Shown: piece after piece, positions 9,507 through 19,539 of the stretch
How the letters are laid out: each line of letters starts with the position of its first letter
How positions within the stretch are numbered: the stretch's first letter is position 1
Assembly (NCBI RefSeq): GCF_000017845.1
Contig: NC_010546.1
Coordinates: 660,001 to 692,000, forward strand
Length of the DNA stretch: 32,000 nucleotides
Reading direction: 5' to 3'
DNA from: Crocosphaera subtropica ATCC 51142
GTDB taxonomy: Bacteria > Cyanobacteriota > Cyanobacteriia > Cyanobacteriales > Microcystaceae
The notes under the pieces: model-generated
The model's input: only the letters and a program-made list of their open reading frames with translations
What the model was told of the DNA's origin: nothing
The model's database searches: none
Program-made: the position numbers and the translations under genes

Positions 9507-10545
9507 GGGGCAGTACCTCCTCAGGGAATACAAAGTTTTGATGGGGTTGGTCTTGGGGAGCCATCCAAGCTCGCAGACCTTCGTTTAATAAAATGTTTTT
9601 GGTGTAGAATGTCTCAAATTCAGGGTCTTCTGCTGCCCGTAATTCTTGAGACACAAAGTCATAAGCTCGTAAGTTTAAAGCTAAACCGACAATACCGATC
9701 GCACTCATCCATAACCCAGTTACGGGGACGAATAACATGAAGAAGTGTAACCAACGTTTGTTGGAGAAGGCAATTCCGAAAATCTGTGACCAGAAACGGT
9801 TTGCGGTCACCATTGAGTAGGTTTCTTCTGCTTGGGTGGGTTCAAAGGCACGGAAAGTGTTAGCTTGTTCACCGTCTTCAAACAAGGTGTTTTCTACCGT
9901 TGCACCATGAATGGCACACAGTAAAGCACCACCGAGAACACCTGCGACTCCCATCATGTGGAAGGGGTTCAATGTCCAGTTGTGGAATCCTTGTAGGAAG
10001 AGAATGAAACGGAAAATTCCGGCGACACCAAAGCTAGGTCCAAAGAACCAACTTGATTGTCCTAGAGGGTACATCAAGAATACACTGACGAACACCGCAA
10101 TAGGCGCAGAGAAGGCGATGGCGTTGTAAGGACGAATACCTACCAGACGGGCAATTTCAAACTGACGTAACATGAAGCCAATCAGTCCGAATGCTCCGTG
10201 AAGGGCGGTAAATGTCCATAAACCACCGATTTGACACCAACGGGTAAAGTCTCCTTGGGCTTCTGGTCCCCAAAGGAACAGTAAGGAGTGTCCGAAGGCG
10301 TTGGCGGGGGAAGAAACCGCTACGGTTAGGAAGTTACATCCTTCTAGGTAGGAACTGGCTAAGCCGTGGGTGTACCAGGAGGTAACAAAGGTGGTTCCGG
10401 TTAACCAGCCACCGAGAGCGAGGTAGGCACAGGGAAATAGTAGTAACCCAGACCAACCGACGAATACAAAGCGATCGCGTTTTAACCAGTCATCGAGGAC
10501 ATCAAACCATCCTCTTTCTGGTGCGCGTCCGACTGCAATAGTCAT
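9490..10545 (-). CDS. psbD: Photosystem II D2 protein
   Basis: [33 protein letters not shown] ... [10 protein letters not shown] is canonical D2. Start set at the ATG 10545-10543; the track's TTG adds 3 residues. Overlaps psbC by 17 nt. Confidence 0.95.
   Translation of the reverse strand: MTIAVGRAPERGWFDVLDDWLKRDRFVFVGWSGLLLFPCAYLALGGWLTGTTFVTSWYTHGLASSYLEGCNFLTVAVSSPANAFGHSLLFLWGPEAQGDFTRWCQIGGLWTFTALHGAFGLIGFMLRQFEIARLVGIRPYNAIAFSAPIAVFVSVFLMYPLGQSSWFFGPSFGVAGIFRFILFLQGFHNWTLNPFHMMGVAGVLGGALLCAIHGATVENTLFEDGEQANTFRAFEPTQAEETYSMVTANRFWSQIFGIAFSNKRWLHFFMLFVPVTGLWMSAIGIVGLALNLRAYDFVSQELRAAEDPEFETFYTKNILLNEGLRAWMAPQDQPHQNFVFPEEVLPRGNAL
9516..9522 (-). promoter_or_regulatory. Shine-Dalgarno for psbC embedded in the 3' end of psbD
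   Basis: Minus-strand GAGGAGG, 9 nt upstream of the GTG at 9506 and inside psbD codons ...PEEV.... Confidence 0.5.
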
Positions 10546-11115
10546 AGAATCCAATCCTCTTGCTTAACTGAAATCAATGGCAAGATTTCTTAACGTTTGT
10601 TTTATCTAGTTTAGGTCATATTGTCCCTTTTTCTTATAGGGTGCGACCTAGAGAACGCCTATCAGTGTGACTGAGTCGGCTCTTTTGGTAAGCAATGTCA
10701 GATCCGTGAACTAACTTCGAGATTGGAGTTAGGGGATCATTAACATTTCTTAAACTAGCACAATTTTCTCCCAAACTTCGGGTAATTTCCTTGTTCGAGG
10801 TAAACTGCGCTTTTCCCTATCTTTAGACTATTATTAGCAAAAAATTTACAATTTGACACATCTTGTCTCATAATTTACCCCAGATTTTTCGGATGCCTCT
10901 CATGAATTTAGGGCTATTAATCCCATGATTCAAGGATTTAAAGAGGGTTTCATCAGGTTTTGAGGTGAATTTACAAAGTAGATCTTAAGAATCCTCTACC
11001 ATTATTATCCAGGATTAGATAACCTTCACCTAACGGCAATTTACTTATGATTAGTTTAACCTGACTTCGATACAGGGCAATTTATCATTGGACAAATCCT
11101 AACTCCCAACTCAGG

Positions 11116-11589
11116 TTAATTGAGTTTAGCTTTAACGATTTCTTGGACTTGTTTCCCGTCTGCTTTACCTTTTAATTCTTTCATCGCTGGTCCCATCACT
11201 TTTCCCATATCTTTCGGGGAAGTTGCTCCCACTGACTCGATAATGTTGTCAATAATAGCTTCAATTTCTTCGGTAGACAATTGACGGGGTAAATAGGTTT
11301 CAATAATGACTAATTCTTGGGCTTCTTTATCAGCTAAATCATTCCTACCCCCTTGACGGTATTGTTCAATGGAATCTCGGCGTTGTTTAGCTTGTTGGGC
11401 TAATACTTCTAATTCTTGTTCTGGGGTTAATTCTGTTTGTCCTTTTGGTCTTACTTCAACTTCTTTTTCAAGGATAACTTTTTTAAGACTTCTAATCGTT
11501 TCTAAGCGAATTTTATCCTTAGATTTCATTGCTTGTTTAATATCTTCGGTTAGTTTTTCTTTTAGTCTTTGTTCGGTAGATTCAGTCAT
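11116..11589 (-). CDS. GatB/YqeY domain-containing protein
   Basis: MTESTEQRLKEKLTEDIKQAMKSKDKIRLETIRSLK ... YLPRQLSTEEIEAIIDNII ... GKADGKQVQEIVKAKL is the YqeY pattern. Start set at the ATG 11589, preceded by AAGGA; the track start at 11637 adds 16 residues. Confidence 0.8.
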   Translation of the reverse strand: MTESTEQRLKEKLTEDIKQAMKSKDKIRLETIRSLKKVILEKEVEVRPKGQTELTPEQELEVLAQQAKQRRDSIEQYRQGGRNDLADKEAQELVIIETYLPRQLSTEEIEAIIDNIIESVGATSPKDMGKVMGPAMKELKGKADGKQVQEIVKAKLN

Positions 11590-11640
11590 AATTTTTTCCT
11601 TAATCATGCTTATCAATGATAACTTTTTTGATAGCAAAAT

Positions 11641-11734
11641 ATAGCACTACATAAGTTCTAGAATACCATATTTGAGGACAAGAATAAGACATCTTCCCAT
11701 TTTCAAATAGTCTAATCTATTTTTGTAGTGCTAT
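11641..11734. repeat. Perfect 11-bp inverted repeat ATAGCACTACA / TGTAGTGCTAT with a 72-nt spacer
   Basis: Read directly: 11641-11651 and 11724-11734, in the gap between the CHAD stop (11763) and the YqeY start (11589). Confidence 0.6.
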
Positions 11735-11762
11735 AAATTATCTCTTGATTAAGATAATCTGG

Positions 11763-12818
11763 TTAAGAATTTGATGCAATATCGCTGGATGGTGCAGTTT
11801 CTACGGCTTTTTTAGAATTTTCTTGACTTTCTTCAATCTCAGATTGAATGACAGAGGGTTGCAAAATTGTGATATGAAAATCTTTACGGGTTTTATTATC
11901 AAGAAATTTTCGTTGTAATTTTTCCCATTCTTGCCATTTATCATAACGAGTTTCTTGCAAAATTTTGGCAAAAGTTGGCATTTTATTGAGAATATTATCT
12001 TCAAAAACTTCATCAAGAAACTCAACTAAAACAAAGCTATCTTGTATATCTCCTAATATACTCTGTATCTGTTTAATATCTTTTAGATAAGTTTCATAGA
12101 CTTCTCCATAGAATTGAGTAAACAATTCCATATTATAACGGGTTCGTTTAGCTGCTTTTCTTAAATCGTGTAAAATTAATCCCTCTTTATCTAATAAAGA
12201 TTCTACTGCTTCTTTAGATAAACTCTCAGGAAAATTGATGCTTTCTACTTCAAATTTAACTCCAATTACCCAACCAGGATGTAACATTAATTGACTCACT
12301 TCAGGTAAAAGAAGATCAGCTAAAATGGTATGAATGGAAACTTGAGCAATATCATGATAAGTTGGACTATTTAACCAATCATGAAAACTTTGTTTAAGGT
12401 CTAAATATTTTTGACTATTTAAAGTCTTTTTGACTGTTTTAAAAACTTTTTTTCTTTGTTTAGCTAAACTGGATAAACCTTGTTTTAACTGTTTTTGCTC
12501 ATCTTTGGGTAAATTAGGATAATATTTGTTTTTTAGACTATCTTCTAAAACATCTAAGTCCCTTAATTTTCCTAAAGTTTTGGCAATTTTACCTACTTTT
12601 TTTTCTTCGGCATTTTCAGGTAAATCTAAAGCGGCTGAAAATCCCTTAATGGTACTTCTTAAACGTCGCATCCCTACTCGCATTTGATGCAATTCTTCAG
12701 GATCTTTATCTTCTAATACACCAATTTCATGGGATAAGAATTTGTTGTAATGGGTTGTAACAGCTATATAAGCCCAATCTCCAAAGGTTTTGGGTTCGTG
12801 TTCTAAGTCATATGTCAT
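11763..12818 (-). CDS. CHAD domain-containing protein
   Basis: HQMRVGMRRLRSTIKGF and a second LHDLRKAAKRTRY motif are typical of the conserved-histidine alpha-helical CHAD domain. Start set at the ATG 12818, preceded by GGAGG with a 7-nt spacer. Confidence 0.7.
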   Translation of the reverse strand: MTYDLEHEPKTFGDWAYIAVTTHYNKFLSHEIGVLEDKDPEELHQMRVGMRRLRSTIKGFSAALDLPENAEEKKVGKIAKTLGKLRDLDVLEDSLKNKYYPNLPKDEQKQLKQGLSSLAKQRKKVFKTVKKTLNSQKYLDLKQSFHDWLNSPTYHDIAQVSIHTILADLLLPEVSQLMLHPGWVIGVKFEVESINFPESLSKEAVESLLDKEGLILHDLRKAAKRTRYNMELFTQFYGEVYETYLKDIKQIQSILGDIQDSFVLVEFLDEVFEDNILNKMPTFAKILQETRYDKWQEWEKLQRKFLDNKTRKDFHITILQPSVIQSEIEESQENSKKAVETAPSSDIASNS

Positions 12819-13278
12819 ATTATTACCTCCAACGAAAGATGAACAGTAGAGAGTCATTTATTTTAGACACAAAAGGTTTTTGACCTTTTAGTTTATTGAA
12901 AACCAAAAGTAGTTCTTTTCTATCACTTAATTTTCAATTTGATACAAATGCCTGTCAACTCTCCCCTGTACTTATTTTAATCAATATAATTACTTATGTT
13001 ATCAAAAGGTTAAGAAGTGTTACGTTTTCTAGTAATTCTTCTTGAAAGACATATTTTTCAATATCCATAATACGATCACTTGAATAAAAATATTCGATTA
13101 TACTTTTTTCTTTGTCCAAAGAATCAATTAAATTAATTATATTTAAAATGTTCAAATGTTCTAGTTGTGTCTGAGAAAAGAAATTGAGTAAATAAAATAT
13201 CTCGGAAATATGTTCTATTTCTTATTCTGAAAATTGAGGTAATGTCACTATATTAAATTCATTCATACCATATTCATC

Positions 13279-13319
13279 AAAAAAAAGGACAATGAATAAT
13301 CAATCATTAATTATTCATT
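13279..13319 (-). terminator. Rho-independent terminator after sdhA
   Basis: Perfect 10-bp stem AATGAATAAT / ATTATTCATT (13291-13300 and 13310-13319). On the minus strand it is followed by GTCC and a run of 8 T. Confidence 0.55.
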
Positions 13320-13331
13320 ATCCCTTATTAT

Positions 13332-15059
13332 TTAATATTTGCGTTCTTTCGGTTCAAACATATCAAGGACGACATCCATATATTGAATATCTAAACCAGC
13401 AGGAGAATAATAAGCTAAGGTATGCTTCAAAAAGTTAGGATCATCTCGTTTTGTATAGTCTTCCCGTGAATGGGCCCCACGACTTTCTTTACGGTTTAAA
13501 GCAGAGGTTAAAATCATTTCACCCACCACCATAATATTGCGTAATTCCATCGCTTCAATTAACTCTGTATTCCAACAACTGTCCTTATCATCGAGATAAA
13601 TGTTGTCATATTGCGCTTTAAATTCTTGAATTTTATCAATACCTTCTTGCATTAATTCTTCGGTACGAAACACCCCACAATGTTCAGCCATCGAGTCTTG
13701 AAATTGTTGACGTAATGCCCCAATACGAATGGTTCCTTCTTTATTTAACAAGCTAGAAATACGCTGTTTTGCTTCTGTCAAATAAGTCTCTTCATCAAAC
13801 TCAGAAAACTTACGATCCTTAACATAATGAGCGATATTTTCCCCTGTAATTTTGCCATAGACGACACATTCTAATAAAGAATTACTGCCTAAACGGTTGG
13901 CCCCATGAACTGAAACACAAGCACATTCCCCGGCTGCAAAAAATCCTTCTGTGAGGCGATCGCCACTTAATCTTACCCTTCCTTGAGTATTAACAGGGAT
14001 ACCTCCCATGCAATAATGGGCAGTAGGCCGCACCGGCATGGGTTCATAAACCGCATCGACTCCCACTAAACGGTGTGCTTCTTCCCAACAAAAGGGAACC
14101 CGACTCATGATCTTTTCTTCCCCCATGTGGCGCAAGTCGAGATAGACACAGGGTCCTCCTGGTTTACCATCAGGATGTACACCTCGCCCAGCCCGTATTT
14201 CTAGAGTAATGGCGCGAGAGGTGATGTCACGGGGGGCGAGTTCCATGCGTGAGGGGGCATAATCTTCCATAAACCGCCGTCCTTCGCTATTAATAAGGTA
14301 AGCCCCTTCTCCTCGTACCGCTTCAGAAATTAACACCCCCACAGGATATAACCCAGTGGGGTGAAACTGCACAAACTCCATGTCTTCTAAAGGGACACCG
14401 GCTAACGCTGACATGGCTAACCCGTCCCCAGTTGAGGCAAAATCATTTGAGGTGGTGTTAAAGACTCGTCCATAACCCCCTGTAGCGAACATTACTACTT
14501 TACTGTGGATAATTTCGAGGGTTCCATCTTCGATATGATACATGACGAGGCCTTTGGCTTCTGCGTCTTCGTAGATCAACTGCATCACATACCATTCATC
14601 ATAAATAGTAACCCCGTTGCGTCGTAGGTTATTGACCAACTCATGAAGAATAGCATGGCCCGTTTTATCGGCTGCGTAACAGGTACGGTTATGGGTATGA
14701 CCGCCAAAAGCCCGTTGAGCAATTTTTCCATTGTCTAAACGGGAGAATAACACCCCTAAATGTTCAAGATCGATGATCACATCGGGGGCCTGTTGGGTGA
14801 GTAAGGCCACTGCATCTTGATCGGCCAAATAGTCAGATCCTTTGACGGTATCAAAGGCATGAGACTCCCAACTGTCTTCTGAGTCCACATTTTTGAGACT
14901 GGCAGCGATCCCCCCTTGGGCCGCAACAGAATGCGATCGAATGGGGTGAGTTTTGGCAACGACAGCCACATCAATACTAGGGTTGAGGCGTTTTATTTCT
15001 AGGGCAGCGCGAGATCCCGCTAAACCACCGCCCACAATGACCACATCATGTTGTAACAT
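13332..15059 (-). CDS. sdhA: Succinate dehydrogenase / fumarate reductase flavoprotein subunit
   Basis: 575 aa. N-terminal FAD fold [14 protein letters not shown], covalent-FAD histidine context [11 protein letters not shown], and active-site HPTG and RLGSNSL motifs. Confidence 0.9.
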   Translation of the reverse strand: MLQHDVVIVGGGLAGSRAALEIKRLNPSIDVAVVAKTHPIRSHSVAAQGGIAASLKNVDSEDSWESHAFDTVKGSDYLADQDAVALLTQQAPDVIIDLEHLGVLFSRLDNGKIAQRAFGGHTHNRTCYAADKTGHAILHELVNNLRRNGVTIYDEWYVMQLIYEDAEAKGLVMYHIEDGTLEIIHSKVVMFATGGYGRVFNTTSNDFASTGDGLAMSALAGVPLEDMEFVQFHPTGLYPVGVLISEAVRGEGAYLINSEGRRFMEDYAPSRMELAPRDITSRAITLEIRAGRGVHPDGKPGGPCVYLDLRHMGEEKIMSRVPFCWEEAHRLVGVDAVYEPMPVRPTAHYCMGGIPVNTQGRVRLSGDRLTEGFFAAGECACVSVHGANRLGSNSLLECVVYGKITGENIAHYVKDRKFSEFDEETYLTEAKQRISSLLNKEGTIRIGALRQQFQDSMAEHCGVFRTEELMQEGIDKIQEFKAQYDNIYLDDKDSCWNTELIEAMELRNIMVVGEMILTSALNRKESRGAHSREDYTKRDDPNFLKHTLAYYSPAGLDIQYMDVVLDMFEPKERKY

Positions 15060-15158
15060 CTTTTACTAAGCTAGAGCTTTCCTATTTTTGACTCTTTTTT
15101 GACTCTAACTTATTGCAAGACAAAGGACTTCAAAAAAATATTAAAATTTTATAAATCT

Positions 15159-16052
15159 ATGAATCAACCATTTTACTCCCTTAACCGACTGCGACATCTT
15201 AAAAGAGAACTGGGTTATGGTGTTTATGATCAGCTTAATTCTTTTTTATCCTGGTTTCGTCCTCAAACCATAATCAATGAGTCTGAGATCCGATTAATTG
15301 GACTAAAAAGAACCGGTAATCATGGTATTACAAATTGGATCATTAAACAATATGGGGATGGTCATATTGCTTATTTGAATTCCTTGAAACCTCAATATAA
15401 TCCTTATCGTTTATACTATAATAATTTTCCTAATAATCGATTTAAGCAAGATGCTTTTGGTAAATTTTCCCAAAAAGATTTATTATTTTATTCCTATGAA
15501 GATTATCCCCTAAAACGAATTACCGATCCCAATTTTGAAAAAAAGCATGATCTATATTTAGGGAAAAGTTCTAAACGCTATGATGTTTTGATTCTTCGTG
15601 ATCCATTTAATTTATTTGCTAGTCGCTTAAAAATGATGGATAGTGCATCGAATAAGAAAAACTTGCTTGACCAATTTAGTATTAATTTATGGATTAGCTA
15701 TGCTAAAGAGTTTTTGGGAGAAACAGATTATTTAACCCAAAAAAAAGTTTTTATTAACTATAATCAGTGGTTTTGTAACCAAGAGTATCGAAAAAATATT
15801 TCACAACAGCTTGATTTAGAATTTTCTGATATCGGACTTGAAAAAGTTAAAGGTCAAGGGGGAGGAAGTTCTTTTGATGGACGAGATTTATCGGGTAAAG
15901 CAAGTCAAATGAAAGTCTTAGAAAGATGGCAACATTTTAAAGATGATCCCCGCTTTATGAATATTTTTAAAAGTGAACAACTTTGGCATTATTCAGAAAA
16001 AATTTTTGGTTCTATTCCCCAAACAAATTATTTACTGAACAAAGTATCCTAA
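15159..16052 (+). CDS. Putative sulfotransferase-fold protein (function tentative)
   Basis: GLKRTGNHG resembles the 5'-PSB loop and LILRDPFNLFASR resembles the RDP 3'-PB motif of sulfotransferases. Start set at the ATG 15159; the track's TTG at 15099 adds 20 residues. Confidence 0.45.
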   Translation: MNQPFYSLNRLRHLKRELGYGVYDQLNSFLSWFRPQTIINESEIRLIGLKRTGNHGITNWIIKQYGDGHIAYLNSLKPQYNPYRLYYNNFPNNRFKQDAFGKFSQKDLLFYSYEDYPLKRITDPNFEKKHDLYLGKSSKRYDVLILRDPFNLFASRLKMMDSASNKKNLLDQFSINLWISYAKEFLGETDYLTQKKVFINYNQWFCNQEYRKNISQQLDLEFSDIGLEKVKGQGGGSSFDGRDLSGKASQMKVLERWQHFKDDPRFMNIFKSEQLWHYSEKIFGSIPQTNYLLNKVS

Positions 16053-16079
16053 CTATATAACGATAGAAAAATTAGATGT

Positions 16080-16691
16080 TTAAGAATAGTCCCATTGCGT
16101 TTCTGCCAATAACAGAAGACTTAAAACCATAATCATTGCTGTAGCTAAAAATTGCCATCCCATAACATGGGGTAATATGGCTATTCCTAGTAAATGGACT
16201 AACCCAACTAACAATAATGCACGGGAATTGAGTCCTACCCCTGTGATGATATACCCTAAGCTACATAAACCTAACCAAAGATGAGATAAATGAATTAATA
16301 GCCAACCCCATCCCAAAAATATACCGCAGTCGGTTAAGATCAGACCACTAACCATCAAGACAACCCAAGTGTACAAGATCCAATCAAGCTGTCGTTGCTT
16401 AACCCAAAAATGAGTTAAGATCATCATGGCTAGGGTTCCTGCTAGGGTTAAAATTGACCAAGCGATCGCCTGGGTTGTCCAACTAATGGGTAAAAATTGG
16501 GCAGTCAAGAATATAGCAGCCGTAATCAGCCCCCAAATAATAAAAACTTGGTCTAAACAGCTATATAGCCCAGTATAGATAGTTTTTCCTGCAATTTTTA
16601 AGTAAAGGCTTACTAACGATTGATATTCTTGATAATAGAGCTTCCTCTGCTTTCGTCTTAAGATAGGTTTTGTTTGATCTAATAAATTCAT
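16080..16691 (-). CDS. Multi-pass integral membrane protein, unknown function
   Basis: 203 aa with an ATG start and about 6 hydrophobic helices. No family recognised. Confidence 0.6.
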   Translation of the reverse strand: MNLLDQTKPILRRKQRKLYYQEYQSLVSLYLKIAGKTIYTGLYSCLDQVFIIWGLITAAIFLTAQFLPISWTTQAIAWSILTLAGTLAMMILTHFWVKQRQLDWILYTWVVLMVSGLILTDCGIFLGWGWLLIHLSHLWLGLCSLGYIITGVGLNSRALLLVGLVHLLGIAILPHVMGWQFLATAMIMVLSLLLLAETQWDYS

Positions 16692-17098
16692 TGAAAATGG
16701 GCTGATACAAATATTAAATTTTAAATCTAACGTATTTTTAATAAACTTTACAATAATCTATCTTTTTTTTCAACTTTATGGTAAAAAGTCAACTTTATCC
16801 TTGCTTATTAAAAAAATCTTATGAATTTTAAATAGTCATGATTCCTATGGTATCAGATGTGACGGAAATTGAGGAGGATGATGGTTATGATGAATTGATA
16901 ACAAAAAAGTAAAGCATAGAATCGGTTTGGAGATAAAAATAAAACAGTCTAATTTAAGATAAAAAAGAATCAAAAATTGTAATCATTTCTCAAAAAAATA
17001 ACGAAATCTTAACCCCATTTTCTTAGCAGATATATCTATGATGAATTGAGGGAGTGTGAAAAAATTCCCCCTGCGTAAAGAACTTGTGTAAGATTTGT

Positions 17099-18679
17099 AT
17101 GGATAAACAACAACTGTGGCAACGTTATCAAGACTGGCTTTATTATCACGAAGGGTTAGGATTCTATGTTGATATTAGCCGAATGCGCTTTAATGATGAC
17201 TTGGTTAAACAACTAACCCCAAAATTTGAGAAGGCCTTTGCAGATATGGAAGCCTTGGAAAGTGGGGCGATCGCTAACCCCGATGAAGGCCGGATGGTGG
17301 GACATTATTGGTTGCGGGCCCCAGAATTAGCCCCCAATGAGGAGTTAAGAAAAGAAATCACCGAACCTTTGGCGAATATTGCTCAATTTGTTAAAAAAGT
17401 TCACCAAGGAACCATTAAACCCCCCACAGCAGACAAGTTTACGGATATCCTTTCGGTGGGTATTGGAGGATCAGCCTTAGGCCCGCAGTTTGTGGCTGAG
17501 GCGTTACCCTCAGAAAATCCTCCCATGACCATCCATTTTATCGATAACACCGATCCGGCTGGGATCGATAGTACCTTAAAGAATATCGGCGATCGCCTCA
17601 AAAGTACCCTAGTTCTCATCACCACTAAGTCAGGGGGAACCCCTGAAACCCGTAACGGGATGTTAGAAGTAAAACACGCTTACGAAAGCAAGGGATTAAA
17701 GTTTGAACCCCATGCCGTTGCTGTGACCATGCCAGGCAGTAAGATGGACAAAATAGCCACTGACTGGTTAGCTAGGTTTCCCATGCAAGACTGGGTAGGG
17801 GGAAGAACATCCGAACTATCTGCCGTGGGTTTATTGCCGGCTGCTTTACAGGGGATCAATATTGATGGAATGTTGATCGGGGCCAAAGAAATGGATGAAG
17901 CTACCAGGGTTAAAGATCTCAAAAGCAACCCGGCCGCTTTATTGGCTTTGGCTTGGTATTATTCCGGCAATGGTAAAGGAGAAAAAGATATGGTGGTTCT
18001 TCCTTATAAAGATAGTTTGCTGTTGTTTAGTCGTTATTTACAACAGTTGGTGATGGAATCTTTAGGTAAAGAAAAGGATCTTGATGGCAATACAGTTTAT
18101 CAAGGAATTGCGGTTTATGGTAACAAAGGATCGACGGATCAACACGCTTATGTACAGCAATTAAGGGAAGGGGTTCCTAACTTTTTTGCTACCTTTATTG
18201 AAGTCTTAGAAGATGGCAGAGATACCCATTTTGAAATTGAACCCGGAGTAACCTCTGGGGATTTTTTATCAGGGTTTTTACAAGGAACCCGACAAGCCTT
18301 ATTTGAGAATAATAGAGACTCTATTACCATTACCATTCCTCAAGTTAACCCTCGTACCGTTGGGGCATTAATTGCCTTGTATGAAAGGACAGTTAGTTTC
18401 TACGCTTCTTTGGTGAATATTAACGCTTATCATCAACCGGGAGTAGAAGCTGGTAAGACAATGTCCGCCTCTATTTTGGACTTGCAAACTAAAGTCCAAA
18501 CAGTAATTCAAGAAACCTCTGAAGCATTGGATATAGAAACCTTAGCAGCAAAAGCTGGTTCTCCCGATGAGGTAGAATTTGTTTATAAAATTGTCCGTCA
18601 TCTTGCTGCCAATGGTCGTGGTGTCGCCTTAGAAGGCAATTTAACTGACTTAAAAACTTTGAAAGTTTCTGCTAGTTAA
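17099..18679 (+). CDS. pgi: Glucose-6-phosphate isomerase
   Basis: [17 protein letters not shown] ... [11 protein letters not shown] ... [14 protein letters not shown] ... [15 protein letters not shown] ... [13 protein letters not shown] is canonical cyanobacterial PGI. Start set at the ATG 17099. Confidence 0.95.
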   Translation: MDKQQLWQRYQDWLYYHEGLGFYVDISRMRFNDDLVKQLTPKFEKAFADMEALESGAIANPDEGRMVGHYWLRAPELAPNEELRKEITEPLANIAQFVKKVHQGTIKPPTADKFTDILSVGIGGSALGPQFVAEALPSENPPMTIHFIDNTDPAGIDSTLKNIGDRLKSTLVLITTKSGGTPETRNGMLEVKHAYESKGLKFEPHAVAVTMPGSKMDKIATDWLARFPMQDWVGGRTSELSAVGLLPAALQGINIDGMLIGAKEMDEATRVKDLKSNPAALLALAWYYSGNGKGEKDMVVLPYKDSLLLFSRYLQQLVMESLGKEKDLDGNTVYQGIAVYGNKGSTDQHAYVQQLREGVPNFFATFIEVLEDGRDTHFEIEPGVTSGDFLSGFLQGTRQALFENNRDSITITIPQVNPRTVGALIALYERTVSFYASLVNINAYHQPGVEAGKTMSASILDLQTKVQTVIQETSEALDIETLAAKAGSPDEVEFVYKIVRHLAANGRGVALEGNLTDLKTLKVSAS

Positions 18680-18686
18680 TCTCTTG

Positions 18687-18703
18687 GGTGGGCAATGCCC
18701 ACC
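18687..18703. repeat. GGTGGGC-AAT-GCCCACC hairpin, the compact member of a palindromic element family; possible pgi terminator
   Basis: 7-bp perfect stem 8 nt after the pgi stop. The same GGGTGGGCAATG / CCCACCTTA arms flank a 40-nt spacer at 25665-25743. No strong T-run follows. Confidence 0.5.
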
Positions 18704-18773
18704 TTACTTAATTCTGATAACTAAACTTGTTAAAATAGAATCATCAATTTTTTAAAAATTTAGGAAAAATATT

Positions 18774-18896
18774 ATGACTATTGTATCAGAAAAGCAAATT
18801 TATACTCCAGAAGAATACTTAAAATTAGAAGAAGAATCAATCGAAAAATCGGAAAAAAGATGCTTCCAATCGACAAAAGCCGTTTTTATTGGTTGA
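18774..18896 (+). pseudogene. Relic of a Uma2 (DUF820) family endonuclease gene, N-terminal about 25 codons only
   Basis: The 40-codon ORF MTIVSEKQIYTPEEYLKLEEESIEKSEKRCFQSTKAVFIG matches the usual Uma2 N-terminus (YT.EEYL.LEE.S..K.E) and then diverges and stops. Confidence 0.4.
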
Positions 18897-19005
18897 CGAC
18901 ATAATAATAATAAGGGTTTTAGGAATCTATATCGAAATCATTTGCTTCTGATCATCGAAATGATATGATTTCAGTGACAATCATTGGTTATCCCTTATTC
19001 ATTAT

Positions 19006-19116
19006 TTAATCCATTTTAGACGCATACCAAAAAGCCCAAAAAACAAAGGCGGCAAAAAGGGAAGTACCAAGGGCGATCGCTAAGTTATGAAATGCTTGGG
19101 AGTCAATAAGAGTCAT
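19006..19116 (-). CDS. Unlisted 36-aa single-pass membrane peptide (hypothetical)
   Basis: Manual translation: MTLIDSQAFHNLAIALGTSLFAAFVFWAFWYASKMD. One TM helix and a HIP1 site inside. No clear SD and no family recognised. Confidence 0.3.
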   Translation of the reverse strand: MTLIDSQAFHNLAIALGTSLFAAFVFWAFWYASKMD

Positions 19117-19539
19117 TGGGTTCAAAAGGTAAGAGACGTTAGTGAAAGATTGGCATAAGCCTTAATTAGAAAAATAATAAGTATTTCTTGAACCGATAAA
19201 AACTGAAATCAAAACTTGATTAACTGTCAATAAAATGACAGAGCAACACTACCCTATCATATCATTAATATTTCAAATTTTCTAGATAAAAATAATTAAT
19301 CAAACATTCATAAATAGCCTTTTGTAAATAACGATTACAAAACCTAAACGATTGTCAAGTTAATTGTGTCATCTATGATTGACTCTTACTAGAATTGTAG
19401 CGAAACCTTAAAGCGTTTAAAGCATTAATTAAGTTAGGTTTAACATTGTGATTGATCTATTATATTTTCCTTAAGAATTATCAACCTGTGATTTTCATCA
19501 CTAAAATTAAAGATAATTTGAGTTATTGAATAAATAGAA

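Noticed and set aside
9911-10129. Track ORF (72 aa, + strand)
   Set aside because: Antisense inside psbD, a highly conserved gene. The product is basic and low-complexity.
10845-10860. TTTACAAT-TTGACACA, reminiscent of an HLR1 (RpaB-type) direct repeat, in the long psbD upstream region
   Set aside because: The second half-site matches poorly at the required 10-nt register, and the motif lies about 300 nt from the psbD start with no supporting promoter elements.
11369-12025. Track ORFs 11369-11644 (+) and 11801-12025 (-)
   Set aside because: The first is antisense to the YqeY gene. The second is an alternative frame inside the CHAD gene on the same strand. Both products are low-complexity translations of AT-rich sequence.
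14777-14974. Track ORF (65 aa, - strand)
   Set aside because: An alternative frame inside sdhA, which is clearly read in another frame.
16838-16912. 24-codon acidic mini-ORF (MIPMVSDVTEIEEDDGYDELITKK) upstream of pgi
   Set aside because: It is too short, has no SD, and I have no way to assess conservation. Not reportable as a gene.
17401-18336. Three track ORFs antisense to pgi (17401-17625, 17680-17928, 18148-18336)
   Set aside because: All lie inside the well-supported pgi coding sequence on the opposite strand.
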